64,000 nt of DNA from Thermoplasmata archaeon (GCA_027315165.1 DAHUYN010000004.1:15517-79516), one strand, 5' to 3'; shown: positions 9,627-19,401, counted from the stretch's first letter. The notes: generated by a model not told the origin, from the sequence alone. Numbers and translations: made by a program.

Positions 9627-9642
9627 CATATAGCCATATAGC
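9627..9642 (-). promoter_or_regulatory. Archaeal TATA-like box, direct repeat GCTATATG GCTATATG on the coding strand, about 20-35 nt upstream of the GTG start of the MacB-like ATPase
   Basis: The only AT-rich patch in about 500 bp of GC-rich DNA. Position and spacing fit a leaderless archaeal promoter. Confidence 0.4.
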
Positions 9643-10034
9643 CCGGGGTCGGGGAGTCGTAGGGTCGTGTGGCTCGAAGCCTCGTCCCTCCTCGACGAAC
9701 CCCCAGACGTTGGGCCCGCTGCCGGCGCGGGGCCCGGCCGCACGCCTCGGCGGTGGGCGCCTCGGGTCTCGTGCCCGTGGACCGAGGGCGCGAGCGACCG
9801 GAGCGGGGTACGGGCCCACGGAGCCGAGACGAACGCCTCGACAGCCTCCCCGAGGATACGAAGGACCGAAGGCCTCGGCACCCAGCGGCAGGCGCGAGGC
9901 GGAGGCGCGCCCGGGTCGGCCTCTGCGAGCCGGGCTCGTTCCGGCCCCCGGCGGCGACGAGCCGGGGCGACGCGGGGGCGGCGCTCGACGGAGGCTCTAA
10001 GGCCCCCGAGACGCTGCCGCCTTCCAGGTGCGCC

Positions 10035-10235
10035 ATGGTCCAGAAGGTGAGCGAGGTCGTCGGGACGTCGCGAGAGAGCTTTGCCAAGGCCGCGGAGAAC
10101 GCCGTCGTGACCGCGGCGAAGACGGTCCGGAACATCCGTTGGTTCCGGGTCACTGAGTTCGAGGGGTCGGTGAAGGACCAGAAGGTCGCCGAGTATCACA
10201 CGACGGTCAAGATCTACTTCGACCTCGAGCCGTAG
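10035..10235 (+). CDS. Dodecin (flavin-binding dodecameric protein)
   Basis: 66 aa, MVQKVSEVVGTSRESFAKAAENAVVTAAKTVRNIRWFRVTEFEGSVKDQKVAEYHTTVKIYFDLEP. This matches the dodecin pattern (VGTS..S...A...A...A......W.EV.....V.....Y.V.V...F). Confidence 0.75.
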   Translation: MVQKVSEVVGTSRESFAKAAENAVVTAAKTVRNIRWFRVTEFEGSVKDQKVAEYHTTVKIYFDLEP

Positions 10236-10517
10236 GCGTGCAACGCGATCGGCGACGAGCGGCTCGACGCGCGCGCAGCCCTCGAACGGGGCCGAGACGC
10301 TCCTACGCCGCCTCGCCCTCGCGTCCCGGTGCCTCTCGGCGGAGCTCTCGAGCTCCGACGGGACCCACGAGCGGCGCCGAGTCGGCGCAGGCACGTCGGG
10401 CGGGTGAGCCGGCTGGCTAGCGCGAGACCCGGCGCTCGCTCCCTCCCGCGCAGGGGCCGTGGCCCTCACGCCTCGGCAGGGCCGCCCGTCGACCTCGACA
10501 CGGTCGTACCGCGCGCG

Positions 10518-11252
10518 GTGACGCTCGATGCCTGGTACACGCTGATCTATCTGAGGACGCAGGATCGCGAGCGGCTCGAGCGCCTCCGGACGCGCGCCTG
10601 GAGCGGCCCGCTCGTCGCCGCCGGTCTCGACCGGGCGGCGGCCTTGAGGGCGGTCGAGGAGTTGTTCGCCCACGGTGCCGTCGTCGAAGCCCTCGGTCGC
10701 ACGCCCCCGATCCCGGTCCAATGCGCCTGGCTCGCGCGCCACGTCGGCCGACGGGTCCGCTTTGGCGACGTGGCCGACCGCCTCGACGCGGCCCTCTCTC
10801 GGTCCCGCGTCCGTACCGCCCCCGGGGCGCTCGAGGCCCTCGAACGGCTCGCCTCGTCCGGAGTCCGCCTGGGGGTGGTGTCGAACGTGCGCTTCGAGTC
10901 CGGAGCGGCCACGCGGGGCGTTCTCTCCGTCGCCGGAGTGCTCGAGCACGTGGGCCCGCTCGTGCTCTCGTGCGAGCAGCCCTGGTCGAAGCCGCGCCCG
11001 GAGCCGTTCCGACTCTGCCTCCGACAACTCCGGGTCCGGGCCGCCGAAGCCCTCCACGTCGGCGACCTCCCGTACGACGCGATCGGGGCGCGACGCGCCG
11101 GTCTCGAGCCCGTGCTCTACACCGGGCTCCATCGGTGGGAGGTGCCGCGGCCCCGGTTTCCTCGCTTGGTGAGGCCGCAGCGGACGTTCGCCCGGTGGGT
11201 CGACGCGCCGACCGTGCTCTTGCGAGGGTCGACCTCGCGGCGAGCTCGATAG
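10518..11252 (+). CDS. HAD-superfamily hydrolase (subfamily IA-like)
   Basis: Motif II GVVSNV, motif III SKPRPEPF, motif IV VGDLPYDAIGARRAG. The first motif reads TLDAWYTL rather than DxDxT. The start is taken at an in-frame GTG; the 5' end is uncertain. Confidence 0.5.
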   Translation: MTLDAWYTLIYLRTQDRERLERLRTRAWSGPLVAAGLDRAAALRAVEELFAHGAVVEALGRTPPIPVQCAWLARHVGRRVRFGDVADRLDAALSRSRVRTAPGALEALERLASSGVRLGVVSNVRFESGAATRGVLSVAGVLEHVGPLVLSCEQPWSKPRPEPFRLCLRQLRVRAAEALHVGDLPYDAIGARRAGLEPVLYTGLHRWEVPRPRFPRLVRPQRTFARWVDAPTVLLRGSTSRRAR

Positions 11253-11381
11253 CGGACCGCCGACGGTCCCCGACGTACCGGGTCGTGCGCGAGGGGCGTC
11301 CGAAGGGAGGCCCGGGGAGGTCGGGAGCTCCCGTCCCGACGGTCAGACGCTATCATCTTCTCCGCGTCCTCTCGGGCGGAC

Positions 11382-11921
11382 GTGGACCCGATCTCCTGGC
11401 TCCTCGCCTCGGCCGAGGATCCGTACCTCTACCTTCCGTTGCTGTTCCTCTTCGCGACCCTCGCGGCGGTGCTCCTTCCCGTCCCGGTCGAGATCGGACT
11501 GCTCAACCCGTTCCTCTCCCCGGTCCTCCTCGTCCTCGTCGCCTCAGCGGGGAAGGCCTTCGGGGGCGCCCTCGTCTTCCCTCTCGGACGCCGGATCGGA
11601 TCGAGGCTCGAACGCGAGATGGCACGCAGCCCTCGCGCCGCTCGGGTCCATGGGTGGGTCGAGCGGCTGGTCGGCGCGTACGGCTACTGGGCCCTCTTCG
11701 GACTGCTCTCGGTGCCGTTCATGACCGACTCGATCCCGGTCTACGTCTTCTCGATCCTCGGCCCGACCGACCGCTCCGGCGCGCCGTCGGCGGCGGCCGC
11801 CGGGTCCGGCCGTCGCGTCCACGGCTGGCGGGTGGGCCCCTTCGTGGCCGTCAACTTCGCCGCCGCCGTCGTGCGGTGCTCGGCGTTCCTCGTCGTGCCG
11901 TGGCTCCTCGGCTGGCGGTAG
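11382..11921 (+). CDS. DedA/VTT-domain-like membrane protein
   Basis: 179 aa with a GTG start and four hydrophobic segments. ...YWALFGLLSVPFMTDSIPVYVFSIL resembles the DedA/SNARE-associated family. Confidence 0.45.
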   Translation: MDPISWLLASAEDPYLYLPLLFLFATLAAVLLPVPVEIGLLNPFLSPVLLVLVASAGKAFGGALVFPLGRRIGSRLEREMARSPRAARVHGWVERLVGAYGYWALFGLLSVPFMTDSIPVYVFSILGPTDRSGAPSAAAAGSGRRVHGWRVGPFVAVNFAAAVVRCSAFLVVPWLLGWR

Positions 11922-11933
11922 GACGGGTCGTCG

Positions 11934-13163
11934 TTACCGGCGGCGTCGACGCGCGAGAACGACGGCCACGGCGACGACCGCGACGATCGCGACCGCACCG
12001 ACCGCCGCGTAGAGAAGGAGCGTGTCGCCCGGCGCCGTCGTGCCCGGGAGGTGGATCGGCGTGCCGGGGGTATAGGGGATGAGCTGGTCGCCGGGGAAGG
12101 TGCTCACGTAGTAGCCGCTCGAGACCTGTCCGAGGAAGAAGCCGAAGACCGAGGCGCCCGGCAGCTGGCCGGTGCTGTGCGGCGCGTCCGGCTCGTAGAG
12201 GTCGACCCAACTGTAGGCCGACGGGTCGGCCTTCGCGAGGGTCGGGATCGTGACCGTGCAGTTCGCCGGCTCGCCGAGGTCGGCGGCGACCTGGCAGGTC
12301 GTGTTGACGAAGGTGTTGTTGACGTTCGCGTACGGCCACCGGTAAAAGTTGTTCGGGGCCCTCGTGTCCTGGCCGCCTCCGGAGACGAACAGCGGGATCC
12401 CCGAGAAGTTCTCGGGATGGAAGCGGAGGACGCTGAGGAAGCTCCAGACCCGGTCGACCGAGGTGTTCTGGGGGCTCGGGTAGGCCCCGCACTCGTCGTA
12501 GAAGAGTCCCGTCGGCGCCGAGCCCGTGGCCTCGTTGTAGTCGACCGTCTCGAAGATGTCCGAGATGGTCCCCGCGGTCGCGACGGCCGTGAACATGCCG
12601 GGGTGGTGGCCCGCGAGCGAGAGCACACCGAGACTTCCCATGCTGAACCCGATGAGGTAGATGTGCGAGAGGTGCCGAAGCGAGGACTCGTGGGCGATCG
12701 CGTCGAGGACGTCCTGCTCCTGCGGGCCGCCGCAGGGCGAGTTCACGTAGAACCCCTCGGCGGAGCGCGTGTTGATCGAGATCAGGATGAAGCCGTCCTT
12801 CGAGGCGTTGTCGACGAGCGACGTCGTCATGTCGACGGCGCCCCCGATCCCCCCGCGCACCCAGGTGGTCGAGGTCCCGACGCCGTGGAGGAACACGGCG
12901 AGCGGGTAGCTCTGGCTCGCGGCGTAGCCCGCGGGCAGCCACTCGAGGTACGAGAGCGGGAAGCCGTCGACGCTCGAGGTGTAGCTCTCGTTGTCGGTCG
13001 GCGGAGGGCTGGCGGCCGTCCGGGCCTGCGCGAGCACGAGCCCCGTACGCGACGGCGGTGCCGTCGGGCCGAGCGCGACCGAGGAGGTCGTCGGAACGGC
13101 CGCGAGCAGCGAGACGAGGAGCAGCACCGTTCCGAGGCGAACGAGCGACCTACGGTGCGACAT
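11934..13163 (-). CDS. Secreted alpha/beta-hydrolase (esterase/lipase-like) with a C-terminal TM anchor
   Basis: Signal peptide MSHRRSLVRLGTVLLLVSLLAAVP. Nucleophile elbow GFSMGS (GxSxG). Many sequons. C-terminal TM LLLYAAVGAVAIVAVVAVAVVLARRRRR. A TATA-like CCTAATAG lies about 50 nt upstream. Confidence 0.7.
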   Translation of the reverse strand: MSHRRSLVRLGTVLLLVSLLAAVPTTSSVALGPTAPPSRTGLVLAQARTAASPPPTDNESYTSSVDGFPLSYLEWLPAGYAASQSYPLAVFLHGVGTSTTWVRGGIGGAVDMTTSLVDNASKDGFILISINTRSAEGFYVNSPCGGPQEQDVLDAIAHESSLRHLSHIYLIGFSMGSLGVLSLAGHHPGMFTAVATAGTISDIFETVDYNEATGSAPTGLFYDECGAYPSPQNTSVDRVWSFLSVLRFHPENFSGIPLFVSGGGQDTRAPNNFYRWPYANVNNTFVNTTCQVAADLGEPANCTVTIPTLAKADPSAYSWVDLYEPDAPHSTGQLPGASVFGFFLGQVSSGYYVSTFPGDQLIPYTPGTPIHLPGTTAPGDTLLLYAAVGAVAIVAVVAVAVVLARRRRR

Positions 13164-13305
13164 CGAAGTCCTCGGGGGCCCGGTGGGTCCCTCGGGGTCG
13201 GTCGGAGCACGGCGCTATTAGGGCGTTTCCCGCCCCTACACACACGCACGGCCCCGGCCCGCTCCGGCGCTCCGGGTCGGCGTTCGGCGCGACCGAGGGC
13301 GCCGA

Positions 13306-14112
13306 CTACTCGAAGGAGACGTCCGAGCGGAGGTAGGCGCGGACGGCCAGGAGGAGCGCGACGCCGGTCTCGATGCCGAGCACGAGAAGCTGCAGCCAGT
13401 CCGTCGGGGTGAGGCTGCCGTTGTAGGCCCCCCGAACGGCGTCGGCGACGTAGGTGAGCGGGTTCAGTCGGAAGAGGACCTGCAGCGCCACCGGCAGGCG
13501 GTTCGAGAGCGGGTAGAAGACGGTGCTCGCGAAGTTCACGACGAAGATGATCAGGATCTGCACGCTGTTGTAGGCGGTGTTCGACTTGACGAGGGCGGCG
13601 AGCAGGAGCATCACGGCCCCGAAGAAGATCGAGCCGAGCGTGATCGTTGCGAGCATGCCGAGGACACCTACGAGGCCCACGGGGACGGCCCCGAGGAGGG
13701 CGAAGGCGATGCCGAGCATCACGACCGCCCCGCCGAGACCGAAGAGGAGCGACGTCAGCATGATCCCGAGCAGGTAGTCGAGGCGGGTGATCGGTCCCAC
13801 GAGGAGCTGCGAGAGCATCCCCCAGCGTCGATCGGCCCACAGCATGCCGCCGCCGACGGTCCCCGCCATCACGGCCTGGAACGCCATGATCCCGGGCGTG
13901 AGGAAGTCGAGGTAGCTTCCCCCGCCCGAGCCGGCGGAGCCGAGCGACTGGAAGCCGAAGCCGAAGAACACGAGGTAGAGGCCCGGGAGCCCGACCAGGA
14001 TGATCAGGCTCCCCGGATCCGTGTTGACGACGGTGTTCCGGTAGACGAGCCGGAGCAGGTTAGGGAGCCTCGTTCGTCTCCCCCCTGTGCCCGACGGATC
14101 TGAGGAAGACAT
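13306..14112 (-). CDS. ABC-2 type transporter permease
   Basis: 268 aa with six TM segments and an ABC-2 signature region. It follows its ATPase directly. The annotated ATG overlaps the ATPase stop by 53 nt, so the real start may be internal. Confidence 0.75.
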   Translation of the reverse strand: MSSSDPSGTGGRRTRLPNLLRLVYRNTVVNTDPGSLIILVGLPGLYLVFFGFGFQSLGSAGSGGGSYLDFLTPGIMAFQAVMAGTVGGGMLWADRRWGMLSQLLVGPITRLDYLLGIMLTSLLFGLGGAVVMLGIAFALLGAVPVGLVGVLGMLATITLGSIFFGAVMLLLAALVKSNTAYNSVQILIIFVVNFASTVFYPLSNRLPVALQVLFRLNPLTYVADAVRGAYNGSLTPTDWLQLLVLGIETGVALLLAVRAYLRSDVSFE

Positions 14113-15064
14113 CCTCGAGCGTGTTCTTCCGGACGTTGAGCCACTCGAGCGCCACCCCGTCGCTCCGCGACAGCTCGGCGACGAGCGCGAGGACCTCCTT
14201 GGGATCGTCGCTCAGGACGACCGCCGAGTCCCCCGAGGTCGTCACCGTCGCGCCGGGGGCGAGCCGTCGCGAGAGCGCGCCGTAGAACGCCGGCCCGTGT
14301 CCGGCTCCGACCGTGAGCTCGACGGTCTTCCGGCCTCCGTAGAGCCGCTTGAGGTTCTCGAGCGAATCGAGGACGAGGATCTTCCCCTCGTCGATCACCG
14401 CCACCCGGTCGCACAGGTAGTCGGCCTCCTCGAGATTGTGGGTCGTGAAGAGGACCGTGAGGCCCCGACGGGCCTCCGCCCGGATCGAGTCGAGGAGGGT
14501 CCGGCGCATGATGACGTCGAGACCGACCGTCGGCTCGTCGAGGAAGAGGAGGTCCATGTCGTGCATGAACTCCCTCGCGACCTGGACACGGCGCTTCTGG
14601 CCGCCCGACAGGTCGAACGCCCGCTTGCGCCGGATGTCGGTGAGGCCGAACCGCTCCAAGAGCGTCTCGCGCCGCCGGGCCCGCTCGGCCTTGGGGACCC
14701 CCCAGAGGAGGCCGTACAGGTCGAGGTTCCCCTGGACGGTCGTGAAGTCGAACGACTCCCCCTGCTGGACGACACCGATGCGTTCGCGGATGCGGCGGCC
14801 GTCCCGGGCCGGGTCGAGGCCGAGCACCCGCAGCGTTCCCTCCGACGGGCGGAGCAGGGTCGTCATCAGCTTGATCAGGGTCGACTTGCCGGCGCCGTTG
14901 CGCCCGAGCAGGCCGAAGACCTCGCCCCGCCGGACGCTGAAGCTCACGCCGTCCACGGCGTACCGCGTGCGGTCGTAGCTGAACCGGAGACCCTCGGCGC
15001 GGATCGCCGGCGTCGTGGCCGACCCGTCGGGCGCGGGGGAGGTGGAGGCGCTCGTGGCGGCCAT
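14060..15064 (-). CDS. ABC transporter ATP-binding protein
   Basis: Walker A GRNGAGKST, Q-loop, signature LSGGQKRRVQVAREF, Walker B LLFLDEPTVGLD, H-loop FTTHNLEEADY. A TATA-like CCATTTACCG lies about 27 nt upstream of the ATG. Confidence 0.85.
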   Translation of the reverse strand: MAATSASTSPAPDGSATTPAIRAEGLRFSYDRTRYAVDGVSFSVRRGEVFGLLGRNGAGKSTLIKLMTTLLRPSEGTLRVLGLDPARDGRRIRERIGVVQQGESFDFTTVQGNLDLYGLLWGVPKAERARRRETLLERFGLTDIRRKRAFDLSGGQKRRVQVAREFMHDMDLLFLDEPTVGLDVIMRRTLLDSIRAEARRGLTVLFTTHNLEEADYLCDRVAVIDEGKILVLDSLENLKRLYGGRKTVELTVGAGHGPAFYGALSRRLAPGATVTTSGDSAVVLSDDPKEVLALVAELSRSDGVALEWLNVRKNTLEDVFLRSVGHRGETNEAP

Positions 15065-15289
15065 CGACGCGCGGGGAGGGAGCGGCCACGGTAAATGGCT
15101 TGGGGGACCCGCCCGACCGCCCTCGTTCCCAGCCCTCGGAAGACCGGCGGTCGACCGAGGTCGAGGGGCGCGACGAGCGCCTCGGTGCCCGAGCGCCGAG
15201 GCGCCGCGGAGGGCCTACCTTGAATAGCGCGGAATGGTGAACCCTCCGCCGAAGCCGGCGGGCGCCTCCGGGGGAGTCAGAGCGAACGG

Positions 15290-17068
15290 GTGTCGGCGGT
15301 CCTCGAAAGTCCGCGCGAGACGACGCGGAAGAACATCCCGTGGGTCTACCTGAGCACCTTCTCGTTCTTCCTCGCCGGCGCGGTGTTCTACCTCTCGCTG
15401 GCCCGTCTTCTCTCCCCCGACCAGTTGGGAACGGTCGTCGTCGTCCTCGCGGTCGTGACCCTCGTCAGCGCGGTCTTCTCCCTCGGTCTCGGCCAGGGTT
15501 TCCAGCACTTCCTCTCCTACTACCTTGGCCGCCGCGAGGGGGCGACCCTCCGGACGCTCGTGAGGAGCGGTCTCCTCGCCGCGCTCGTCCTCGCGCTCGC
15601 GGCGGGAGCCACGACCTACCTGCTCGCGCCCGTGCTGAGCAGCGCGTTCCTGCACGACTCCGCCTACACGGGCCTCATCCAGTCCGTCTCCCTCTACGGG
15701 GCCCTCCTGACGGCGGGGACCTTGCTCCAATCGGTCCTTCTCGGACTCCAACGCTTCGTCCTCTACTCCGCGCTCTCGGTCGTCAACAACGTCGCGATCT
15801 ACGGATTCCCGTTCCTCTTCCTCCGTGACCGGGTCGGCGTGGATTCGGTGATCATGGGGTGGACGGTCGGCGCCGCCCTCGGCTTCGCGCTGTACTTCGT
15901 GGCCGTCATCCGCGACATCTGGACGCGCCCGGGAACGCCGACCGGGCCGCCCTCGCTCCGCGGGGCCGAGCTCTACCGGACCGTCCTCACCTACTCCCTC
16001 CCGCTGTTCGCCGCGTCGGTCATCGCGACGGGGGCCACCTACATCGACCGACTCATCCTCGCGACGCTCTCGAACCTCTCGAGCGTCGGGGTCTACAACT
16101 ACGCGATCCTGGTCGGGACCGGGAGCGTCATCGTCGTCGCGCCGTTCGCCACGATCCTGATCCCGAAGATCTCGGAACAGTTCGGCCGGGGGGACCGCGC
16201 GGCGATCCGGGGGACGGTCCGCACCGCGATCTCCCTCATCGTCCTCCTCTACGCGCCGATCGCGCTCGCCCTCGCGGCGATCGGTCCCGTCCTGCTCCGC
16301 TACCTGGTCGGTCCGAGCTTCGTCCCCGCCGCGGGTCCGATGGCCGTGCTCGTCATCGTCGGCGCCGTCGCCATCCCCTACTCGGTGCTCTCGAGCCTCG
16401 CCGCCGGCGTCCGTCGGACCGGCGCCCTCGTCTACGCCTCCCTTTTCGCGATCGGCGCGAACGCCGCGCTCTCCTTCCTGCTCGTGCCCCGCTTGGGAAT
16501 GATCGGAGCCGCGGCCGGCAACTCCTCGATGACCTGGGGGATCGCGCTCGTCCTCCTGCTCGTTCTGAGGGACACCGGGCTCGTCGAGTTCGACCGAGCC
16601 GCGCTCGCGCGCATCTGGGTCTCCTCCGCGGTGCTCGGTGCGGTGGTCGGCGTCCCGCTCTACCTGCTCGACGACCCGGCCTGGCTCGTGCCTCCGCTGC
16701 TCCTCGTCGGGCTCGGGGTTCTCTTGGTCCTCCTGCGGTACACGAGGGCCGTGTCGGGCGAGGTCCGGGACTTCCTCGAGGAGATGCTGCCCCATCCCCT
16801 CGGGTTCGTCCGCCCGGTCCTCCGCTGGGTGGCCCCAACTGTGGCACCGACAACGGCGATCGGGCTCCCGTCGTCGCTCGCGGCCCCGGCCGGAGCGACG
16901 GAGCCACCGGTCCGAGGCGGCGAGGACCCGGACGGTTCCGCCGTGAGGACCCTCCCGGCCGACTCCGACGCCCTCGGGCCCGGTGGTAGGCCGGCGAGGG
17001 CGGCGAACGTCCGCGGCGACGCCGGGAGCGCCTCGACGGACCCACCACCTCTGCCAAGGGCGCGGTAG
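15290..17068 (+). CDS. Polysaccharide biosynthesis protein / oligosaccharide flippase (MOP superfamily, Wzx-like) with a C-terminal extension
   Basis: GTG start. 12 or more TM helices across about 480 aa, with the layout typical of Wzx/MurJ-type flippases. The low-complexity Pro/Ala-rich tail may not all be translated. Confidence 0.75.
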   Translation: MSAVLESPRETTRKNIPWVYLSTFSFFLAGAVFYLSLARLLSPDQLGTVVVVLAVVTLVSAVFSLGLGQGFQHFLSYYLGRREGATLRTLVRSGLLAALVLALAAGATTYLLAPVLSSAFLHDSAYTGLIQSVSLYGALLTAGTLLQSVLLGLQRFVLYSALSVVNNVAIYGFPFLFLRDRVGVDSVIMGWTVGAALGFALYFVAVIRDIWTRPGTPTGPPSLRGAELYRTVLTYSLPLFAASVIATGATYIDRLILATLSNLSSVGVYNYAILVGTGSVIVVAPFATILIPKISEQFGRGDRAAIRGTVRTAISLIVLLYAPIALALAAIGPVLLRYLVGPSFVPAAGPMAVLVIVGAVAIPYSVLSSLAAGVRRTGALVYASLFAIGANAALSFLLVPRLGMIGAAAGNSSMTWGIALVLLLVLRDTGLVEFDRAALARIWVSSAVLGAVVGVPLYLLDDPAWLVPPLLLVGLGVLLVLLRYTRAVSGEVRDFLEEMLPHPLGFVRPVLRWVAPTVAPTTAIGLPSSLAAPAGATEPPVRGGEDPDGSAVRTLPADSDALGPGGRPARAANVRGDAGSASTDPPPLPRAR

Positions 17069-17124
17069 CCGCGCTCGCCGCGGCCCCGGAAACGGCTTAT
17101 CCGACGCCCGCGCTTCTCGCGACC

Positions 17125-17529
17125 GTGGCGTTCCCCTACCTCGACCTCGTCCCGCTCCTCATCTTGGCCTACGTCGTGTACCTCGGGGTCACTCGGAAGG
17201 ACGGACGGTACCCGATCGGGCTCGCCCTCGTCCTGCTCGTCATCGCGGCGATCGTCGATGCCGCGGGGGACCCGAGCGGCGCGAACACGCTCGCCACGTT
17301 CGTCTTCTACCTGCTCGCGGGCGGGGTCCTGCTCCTGCTTGTCGAGCACGTTCGAGAAGCTCGCTCGGGGCCGGATCGGTCGCCGGGGTCGGAGCCTCGA
17401 GCCCCGGAGACCTACGGCGCCACGGACCCCGCCCGGAGCGACCCCGGGCCGCAGAACGGATCGACCCCGGCCCCCTCGGACATCGAGGAGCCGACCGACG
17501 GCCCCGCGCTAGGCTCCGGCACCGTCTAG
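17125..17529 (+). CDS. Small membrane protein, hypothetical
   Basis: 134 aa. Three hydrophobic helices followed by an acidic Pro-rich tail. Confidence 0.35.
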   Translation: MAFPYLDLVPLLILAYVVYLGVTRKDGRYPIGLALVLLVIAAIVDAAGDPSGANTLATFVFYLLAGGVLLLLVEHVREARSGPDRSPGSEPRAPETYGATDPARSDPGPQNGSTPAPSDIEEPTDGPALGSGTV

Positions 17530-18747
17530 CAGCATCGAGCAGACCTCGCAGAGGGGCTCTCCGCTCGGCCCCTGGCGGCCCGCCGCGCAGGTCTTGCACA
17601 GGGGGCGTCCACAGGAACCGCAGGCCCCTGCCCCCGACCTTCCGTGGGGATCGAGCGTCCGGCCGCACGCGGCGCAGGTGCCCTCGGCCGACGTCGGGGC
17701 CGGCACGGGGGGTCGGCGACGCACGATCGTCGCGAGCTCCGAGGCCAGCGCGTCGAGCGCCTCGACGGGTCGGTCGCCGTCCGCGAACGGCGCGGGCGCC
17801 TCGTGGTCCCGCTCGGTCTCCTCGTAGATGGGCCGCCGTTCGTGGAGGTGCGCCCTCGAGGGCCGGTGTGGGGGGCCGTGGCGCGGGACGCTCGGGGCCG
17901 TCGGCGGGGGGCGCGGGGTCGCGCCGCGCGCGAGGGCGTCGAGCGTCTCGAGCACCTGGGCGAGGTCCGCCTCCGAGAGACGTCGGTCCCGCGCCAATCC
18001 CTCGAGGACGCCCTCCTTGCGCGCCTGCTCGACGGCGTTCTCCCACCAGTCCGTGGGGGGCTTGGCCGTCGAGGGCTCAGGGCGACCGAGCTCTCGGGGC
18101 CGCGAGGGTGGCGACGGGCGGGGAGGGGGGGCCGTGGGACGGCTCAAGGGCGCGCCTGGGGGCGGAGCCATCGGCCCCCTCGCGACGTCATCGAAGGGTC
18201 GGACCGCCCGCACGGTCGACCGCATCGCCTCCCACTCCTCGGCGGGAACGGCGACCATCCCCTCGCCGACGCGGTCGCCCGGACGGGGGGACGCGGAGGT
18301 GTCCTCGTGCACGGCCGCGGCAGCGACGCCGCCCCCGACCGCGATCGCCCCGAGGCCGCTGAAGTAGATCCATAGGGGGATCCGGGTCCCGAACGCCCCG
18401 GTGTGGAAGAGGTAGCTATAGACGGCGAGCCCCAGGCAGGTCCCCCCGAACAGGAGGAGCGGGAGGCTTTCCTCCCAGGGTCCCTGGGGGCGCTCCGGTT
18501 TGGCGCGGGCCCTCGTCTCCCGCCGCCGTGGGGGGACGGAGCGGCCGGCGAGCCCGGCCGGTCGCAGCCGACCGCTCGCATCGACGGTACCGGCCCTCGC
18601 GCTCGGGGCCGGGTCCGGCCCACGGGATGCCATTGAGGGTCTATCGGAGGCCGGGCGGCTCGTTAACTCTTCCCTCGAGAGGGCCGGGGGGTTGGGCTCC
18701 GAAGAAGAAGGCCCCCCCGAGGGGGGGAAAGGGTTCGGGGGCGCCAC
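17509..18747 (-). CDS. Hypothetical membrane protein with Pro-rich linkers and a C-terminal double zinc-ribbon
   Basis: TM segments LLLFGGTCLGLAVYSYLF and IPLWIYFSGLGAIAVGGGVAAAAV. C-terminus CAACGRT...CGSCGRPLCKTCAAG...CEVC (four CxxC pairs). The real start is probably an internal Met, because the N-terminus of the track ORF is Pro-rich. Confidence 0.4.
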   Translation of the reverse strand: MAPPNPFPPSGGPSSSEPNPPALSREELTSRPASDRPSMASRGPDPAPSARAGTVDASGRLRPAGLAGRSVPPRRRETRARAKPERPQGPWEESLPLLLFGGTCLGLAVYSYLFHTGAFGTRIPLWIYFSGLGAIAVGGGVAAAAVHEDTSASPRPGDRVGEGMVAVPAEEWEAMRSTVRAVRPFDDVARGPMAPPPGAPLSRPTAPPPRPSPPSRPRELGRPEPSTAKPPTDWWENAVEQARKEGVLEGLARDRRLSEADLAQVLETLDALARGATPRPPPTAPSVPRHGPPHRPSRAHLHERRPIYEETERDHEAPAPFADGDRPVEALDALASELATIVRRRPPVPAPTSAEGTCAACGRTLDPHGRSGAGACGSCGRPLCKTCAAGRQGPSGEPLCEVCSMLLDGAGA

Positions 18748-18784
18748 TCGCCCCCACTCCTCGGTCTCCGAGCGGGTGGGCCGA

Positions 18785-19348
18785 TCAGCAGGAGCCCACG
18801 CTCGTACACTGCGTGACGAGGTCGCTGACCGCGGTGATCGTCACGGGGGACGACCCGGCGCCGAGGTCGTAGACGACCGAGACGATCTGAACGCCCGGGG
18901 CGGCGAACGTCGCGCTCGTCTCGACCCAGAGCGTGATCGGGCTCGCCGTCACGCCGTTGATGAAGACCTGGACCTGGTACTCCAGGTTCGCGGTCGGAGC
19001 GGGGCTGCCGGCCGTGATCGTCAGGTTGATCTTCTGGAGGAAGTCGCCGACGTTCGCGACCGCGTTGAGGTAGTAGAAGTCGGTCGTCGTCGCGGTCGTC
19101 GCGGTGAGGATCGCCGGGACCCCCGCGCTGCTCGTCGACACCGGCGAGGTCGCCGACGCCTGCAGGATGAGGATCGCGGAGGTCGAGACGCCCGCGGGTG
19201 GGGCGCCCGTCGCCGCGTACGAGCCGCCCTGAGGCGGCGGGCTCGTCAGCGTCGTGATCGTCGTTGCCATCACAAATCCCCCCGTCATCGCGATCATCGC
19301 GGCGACGGTCGCCAGATAGATCGTTCGGCGTCGAAGACGTTCTCCCAT
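18785..19348 (-). CDS. Secreted/anchored hypothetical protein (signal-anchor plus Thr/Ser-rich beta-rich domain, two C-terminal Cys)
   Basis: 187 aa, MGERLRRRTIYLATVAAMIAMTGGFVMATT.... Composition is protein-like. An AT-rich promoter lies about 50 nt upstream. Confidence 0.4.
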   Translation of the reverse strand: MGERLRRRTIYLATVAAMIAMTGGFVMATTITTLTSPPPQGGSYAATGAPPAGVSTSAILILQASATSPVSTSSAGVPAILTATTATTTDFYYLNAVANVGDFLQKINLTITAGSPAPTANLEYQVQVFINGVTASPITLWVETSATFAAPGVQIVSVVYDLGAGSSPVTITAVSDLVTQCTSVGSC

Positions 19349-19391
19349 GGTTACCCTGCCCGGACCGGGCGAAAGAACATCCTATGCCTAT

Positions 19392-19401
19392 GTATTAATA
19401 C
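19392..19401. promoter_or_regulatory. Perfect palindrome GTATTAATAC inside the only AT-rich patch between divergent genes (secreted protein on the minus strand, NUDIX on the plus strand); candidate bidirectional TATA or regulator site
   Basis: Sequence cctatgcctatGTATTAATACgtattcttg. It is about 50 nt from the ATG at 19348 and about 110 nt from the ATG at 19509. Confidence 0.35.
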
